Shown: positions 28,801-31,108 of the stretch, piece by piece
How positions within the stretch are numbered: position 1 is the first letter of the stretch
How the letters are laid out: each line of letters starts with the position of its first letter
Source of the DNA: a virus
Taxonomy: Duplodnaviria; Caudoviricetes
Length of the DNA: 31,108 nucleotides
Strand: one strand, 5' to 3'
Virus record (IMG/VR): IMGVR_UViG_3300020161_002551
Location: 1-31,108 of that record
Position numbers and translations under genes: made by a program
Notes under the pieces: generated by a model
Databases searched by the model: none
What the model saw: the letters and a program-made list of their open reading frames with translations, nothing else
What the model was told of the DNA's origin: nothing

Positions 28801-30477
28801 GGATATTCCACGGTAATAAATGGATCCGTTGGTCCGGTCAAAATTACAAATCCAGGAGCTGGATTTACTAATAATCCAAGTCCACTTGTTGTATTTGATG
28901 CTCCACTATCTTATACAAATATCCCATTACAATATAAACAAGGAACAACAGGTATTGGCTCCCAAGCAACAATAGACATTGTAGTTGGTCAAGGTTCAAG
29001 TGTAATCAATTTTAACATAAAATATTTTGGATATAGATACGAAGTCGGTGACATATTAACTATTCCATATGGTGGTTCAGTTGGAATCCCAACGAATTCT
29101 AGTCTTCCATTTAAACCATTTGAACTCACTGTAGACACAATATATAATGACAATTTCTCAGCTTGGTCTGTAGGTAGTTTTGATGTATTGGATAATATAA
29201 GCTCACTGTTTAATGGAAAAAGAAGAAGATTCCCATTAAAAATAAATGGAAATTTAATCTCTTATATTACTAATCCTGGATCTCCAGTAGATTTAAATTC
29301 AAATATTCATGTGTATATTAATAATGTCCTCCAGGTTCCAGGTGAAGGTTATGTATTCAATGGGGGAAGTAGCATACTATTCAAGGAAGCACCAAGAGGA
29401 CCAGAAGAATATTCCCCCAATACTGGAGATACCGCAAAGATATTATTCTATCGTGGAACCGAATCTGTTGATATTAAAGGAGTAGATGTATTAGAAACAG
29501 TGAAATCTGGTGATGATGTGCGACTTACATCTGAGTTGGGACAATTTAATGAAACTCAAAGAAAAGTAACTAGTGTCCCTACACCAAGTTCAGTTGAAAC
29601 AACAATTTATAATATACCAATTGATATTATCGACACATTAACTGAAACTGAATATTATAGAGCATTAGATTGGAAAAAACAAAGAGAAGATCTTTATATA
29701 GATGGAACTCAAGTAAATAAAAATAGGGTTATATATGAACCAACAATTGTCCCAACAACAAATATAATTCAAAGTGTCGGAATTGGGTCAACTTTAGTAT
29801 TTGTGGAGTCAGTTAAAGGTGTATTTGATGATTATAGAGAAAATGTATTGGATTTATATAGAAATTCTTTTGAAATTATTTCACAATCAGATACACCAAT
29901 AAAATCACAAATAGTAAAAAATGCCACTTATTCGGGCGATTATGGAATAATCTGCGGAGTTCAATCTACCACATATAGTGGAAATCCAGCATTTATATTT
30001 GATTTATTCATTCCAATAAACTCTACATTAAGAGACAATATAAGCATGAATAATAATGCAATTACAGCAAGTCAGATTCAACAAAATAATTATTTTAAAA
30101 TATATGACACACGAGTTGGATCTGGGGTATCTACATTGAGACAAAATAATACTGTTATTGGCATTGGAACTACATTTATAGATAATATCTATCAAGTAGC
30201 ATCAGTATCAATTGGACAAACCTTAGTTCCCGGAATAGGATTAACTAATGTTGCTAAAGTTATAACAAAAGTTAATAATTACAGTGGAATTACGACATCT
30301 CAATTTGGATATAATTCATATCATGGTAAATTCAGTTGGGGTATTATTTCTGTTCCTCCTGGTTATATAACCAAAGAATTTATTATAAATAATACCAATG
30401 GAGTTGTTGGATTGAATAGTACACCAATAATAAGAAGAGTCAATCCACTTAAATTTGATAGCTACACAATAACTTAA
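19876..30477 (+). CDS. gp7: Large baseplate wedge initiator gp7-like protein (3533 aa) with YHYH-like and repeated beta modules
   Basis: QLPAFVRDEYP.FVEFL.EYY and KDFY.AKGT..SF..LF..LYG N-terminus. Located between gp6 and gp8. Contains HSPILGWAYDG.PIYGPYG. Confidence 0.82.
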   Translation: MKTKIDISLLIENQLPAFVRDEYPVFVEFLTEYYRAIEAKGNPIDIIRNIDSYIKLENLTNVPASTTLTSDLVSYDTTVTVDSTEGFPDNYGLIQINSEIILYRTKTSTSFLNCSRGFSGTTGYVNGELVFSETSADNHTSNVDVINLNQLLLENFLLKIKKQIFPGFENKELYQDINQRLFISRSKDFYSAKGTISSFEILFKALYGEEISIITPKDYLFKPSDAQYRITKDIIVEQIEGDALDLEGRTLFQDQTSISNKSYGAITRVEPITRNNITYYKLSLDYDYKKDINLVGGTVFGEFSITPRAYSLKEIQYTDDYIDVDSTIGFPSSGELVVNTGIVTYSDKNISQFLNCTGITTYYPIKTEVKLNEYAYANDGAIKVRILATISDADNLENSYLYRPEDKTKVLTYGYNFDGPNYNNWIFNISPSIDANITNITTLGGGLKRYEVQTIDDNTFYINDNIEIEYIDGSNVRQIGIFSIKNIIIPKKKFQFDSIISISQVLNVNKIISKFNDTPYNANVQNVYGDLTEIDNLYVCSNSLPKYLTYPSDNLEIDYQVKTLSGNYGDQELDTLDINNHGFLTGEEVIYFPGAGSNNIGIVTNSYFIKRITENKIKLAESRENVYKSIYVGINSSSYLTGTENKLVPAKYVKNLSEIKEVTQQALVRNISPVISTKTKEKTDSGYIGLLINGVEILNYKSEDSIFYGQITDVNVATSTEDFDVLFPPTIQIIDVDSNNNPIGVGASVFCNVQGSLSRIDIINPGFNYDTEPKIEISGGNGYGASAKANLIPYTYEISFSSSLVNTSQNYIGFGTYHNFTKGEKVTYNTNGNTPITGLNANSNYYISIFSSTEIKLHKNFEDAILGTNEIQLTSVVFGIQKLISSNKKKKIGSIKIINSGYGYNKGVSIAYPNQIDIEQNIITIKNHIYSTGEKIKYSYSGTSISGLNTTDSYYVTKINDDSIALSYIGTPSQGDDFYLKNRQYVSLGSIGSGTHTFSYEPISVSVVPTSQTNQIITAAVNPILRGKIKNIVVTNNGVGYGTPEIINYNRQPKFEITKGSGALVDIIISGTTIQKVVIINPGLNYESLPTLNVIGDGNGAILTPIISNGKLVEVKVINGGLGYTKEKTKINVVSAGTKAILYANIQKWTINLFNRYLNYNPTRIKLHDGIIENSLNPTYELEYSHLYSPRQLRQIVYSSNYDESSVKLTSDIENDDGTPSAHSPILGWAYDGCPIYGPYGFDYTGKIKQYISGYDISQSIDSNRPPIGTYVSGFFVEDYIYTADKNKIDDESKYEYLDENNGRYCITPEYPNGVYAYFTSLEKEIESNPNDPFNGYKKPKFPYFIGNYYKFKKNIFNLDKNSTQNNFNFIDNQILRNTTPYNLTSENSKYDFIPNPDKINSELSKVKSTESGRVNNVDINYGGQNYKVKDKIIFEDTETGNKLYSAYVQNISGVGVNTISSSSYVINNVEFYPQLEKNTNFIGISTIPHELIDNDYVNIIGIGSDNINFNIDSSISVTSEKYSLSLAVSNASTTGIVTYFSVYGDLTFPRIMENDIFEVDTEQVKILSVDKKNSRLLVQREYNNTTGASHQYSSNLNEIPRKFKFNYSDNPDRIVDINRELYFNPSESVGIGTTVFSNTIIISNPGAGETSIIVPNGAIYLENHKFKTGQEVLYSYNIGTSISCYNSNNTYFTLTNNSQVYVAALNDNLIGISTIPVGVGSTGTIIGIGTTKYPLLYFTSVGSGVTHSFKTTYNAISGNVYKNIVTVNTNEQHNLQVNDEIDVNCAPGITTSFKIVYNFDRKRLTVFYTSFLASDLNIVNNTIQINNHKLNFGDKILLTLTGTATGLQNNGIYYVVPIDKDTISLSSNYYNNIIPPSIVDFSSTSNGSIYLINPELTVYKNSILTFDLSDSSLSYNDGNSYDSAFDFKVYTNSNFVDEILPSSIVKTGVIGIDVNASVKIEYDSTQTELYYNLIPVANLALPLAQKNIITDNYFVINNNKISLKDSIYSGLHSVTGITSYTFNYNTKLPTENIEYNKVSSSITYSTSSSSALGQIDKIKLIYPEKLYKTLPFISSIVSSTGTNAILSTYTTEIGKIKSAELNSVLFNYSSDNTIRPFVKFPEILKIDPLSKLQFVTVNTYGKNYTTPPSLIVIDTFTNEIVDCELKYTLGVGDVQIIRNANTIHDSTPKIIPVNNSNGVGISSISYNSISKEVTVSLNAEFSQIEDFPFQIDSNVFVENVQVISGNNYNSSNFNYNFFPVVSIDINPGGGGSTVVYSLSQYNIASLGEFDPINSSGKLIPQDQMVTFNAILEKNNFAEGETVYVDINNTITGTVQRWDNKNKLVAVITVNHFEVGTKIIGKTTGTQGTIVSNNNFNCTYNISPSSIVNSGWQRYTGFLNEDTQRLHNNNYYQYFSYSIKSKVPYQTWNDSVSSLAHISGFKKFSDLVVESKDTTNTGISTDQNIITVDIIQNLDSVIDIENVVDFDLGYENIKSSGPQYISDEVIFNSSLLQDYTESFSNVVLNLDDISTLFSSIDDVTKLTSFDLTYQNYPIFEKIFDGSDSQIVNITEDSIYIPRHFFRTGEKVNYISNISNLTDTQNSIGIATTLVGVALTDKLPSVAYVYKVDDNSIKLCETALNSNSTPVNSFNLTNVGIGTTHYIRALSQNSRCLISIDNVIQSPIVGTAISTTLTLNVNLLDEVIIFSNPLNFYSGDLVKIDDELLKVDAVGVGTTNYVKVIRSFMGSGISTHVSGSMIRKMKGNYNIVGNIINFSSPPYGALKTENDFIEDGTGVITEEIKKSTFQGRVYLRSSAENSSSDTYSKNYIYDDISQDFDAVNKNYNLKYNGTSLLGLQYESPIILINSILQGPTKDYNLVEVGSNTQLQFTGTATSTLYDPNTASVPRGGIILSVGSTSGYGYRPLVSAGGTAIVGAGGTISSISIGNSGSGYRVGIQTAIYVGIQTYSDDIPNITIVGYSTVINGSVGPVKITNPGAGFTNNPSPLVVFDAPLSYTNIPLQYKQGTTGIGSQATIDIVVGQGSSVINFNIKYFGYRYEVGDILTIPYGGSVGIPTNSSLPFKPFELTVDTIYNDNFSAWSVGSFDVLDNISSLFNGKRRRFPLKINGNLISYITNPGSPVDLNSNIHVYINNVLQVPGEGYVFNGGSSILFKEAPRGPEEYSPNTGDTAKILFYRGTESVDIKGVDVLETVKSGDDVRLTSELGQFNETQRKVTSVPTPSSVETTIYNIPIDIIDTLTETEYYRALDWKKQREDLYIDGTQVNKNRVIYEPTIVPTTNIIQSVGIGSTLVFVESVKGVFDDYRENVLDLYRNSFEIISQSDTPIKSQIVKNATYSGDYGIICGVQSTTYSGNPAFIFDLFIPINSTLRDNISMNNNAITASQIQQNNYFKIYDTRVGSGVSTLRQNNTVIGIGTTFIDNIYQVASVSIGQTLVPGIGLTNVAKVITKVNNYSGITTSQFGYNSYHGKFSWGIISVPPGYITKEFIINNTNGVVGLNSTPIIRRVNPLKFDSYTIT

Positions 30478-30497
30478 TCCACTCATAAAATATTTCA

Positions 30498-31108
30498 ATG
30501 GCGGCAATAATAACTGATCAACTGAGAATTTTAAATGCAAAAAAATTTGTGTCTGAAGTGCAATCCGACACAAATTCTTATTATACATTTTTAGGATTAT
30601 CAAATGCAACTGACTATAAGTCAGATTGGGATGTTTCTCCACAATCTCCAATAGATAATTTTGATTATTCAAATGATGTTTGGGACACCATAATATCGTT
30701 AAAAAAAATTAAATCTGATGACATAACTTTAGTCATAAGAAAAGTTCTGTGGCAATCTGGTACTGTATATTCAATGTACAGACATGATATAAGTAGAAAT
30801 AATTTGTCTGCACCATCAAATATTACAAGTTTATATCAATCAAATTATTATGTAATAAATCCATCTACATATAGGGTTTATGTTTGTTTAAACAATGGGA
30901 CTTCACCAGAAACTCCATATGGAAAGCCCTCACTAGATGTCCCAAACTTTGTTGATATTGAGCCATCTACTGCTGGCTCAAGTGGAGATGGTTATATTTG
31001 GAAATACTTATTTACAATAAAACCAAGTGATTTAATAAAATTTGATACTACAAATTTTGCCCCAGTTCCATTTGATTGGGATACTAATTCCGAATATTCT
31101 GCGGTAAG
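30498..31108 (+). CDS. gp8: Baseplate wedge subunit gp8, 5' part (runs off window)
   Basis: MAAIITDQLRILNA...W.SGTVY.MYRHD...RVYVCLNNG...DGYIWKYLFTI, open to the window end. Confidence 0.88.
   Translation, partial: MAAIITDQLRILNAKKFVSEVQSDTNSYYTFLGLSNATDYKSDWDVSPQSPIDNFDYSNDVWDTIISLKKIKSDDITLVIRKVLWQSGTVYSMYRHDISRNNLSAPSNITSLYQSNYYVINPSTYRVYVCLNNGTSPETPYGKPSLDVPNFVDIEPSTAGSSGDGYIWKYLFTIKPSDLIKFDTTNFAPVPFDWDTNSEYSAV

Noticed and set aside
18105-30672. Short minus-strand ORFs within gp6, gp7 and gp8
   Set aside because: They are antisense to well-supported structural genes.
1-31108. tRNA or rRNA genes
   Set aside because: No cloverleaf with T-loop and acceptor stem, and no rRNA-like sequence, was seen by eye. 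tRNAscan-SE would confirm.

Overview
This window looks like part of a T4-like cyanophage (cyanomyovirus) genome. The right half (13.4-31.1 kb) is a largely AT-rich late/structural block: conserved cyanophage hypotheticals, three minus-strand genes resembling capsid-internal proteins, then baseplate wedge genes gp25, gp6, gp7 (3533 aa) and the start of gp8, several preceded by T4 late promoters (TATAAATA/ATAAATA). The left end has LRV-repeat paralogues, two convergent homing endonucleases (GIY-YIG/NUMOD3 and NUMOD4-HNH) and a ~650-bp tandem-repeat region that may be a replication origin. The most notable feature is an ~11-kb, more GC-rich array (2.29-13.2 kb) of small plus-strand genes separated by 12 copies of a ~72-bp conserved element. 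On the minus strand, each copy reads as a sigma70-type -10 box, a variable 6-nt spacer and a conserved ~60-nt sequence with two hairpins, supported by compensatory and G-U changes. I interpret this as a multicopy small RNA transcribed divergently from each gene cassette's promoter. One of two operator-like motifs sits at a fixed distance from it, and the flanking modules appear shuffled. All coordinates and alignments were read by eye, and no database search was run.
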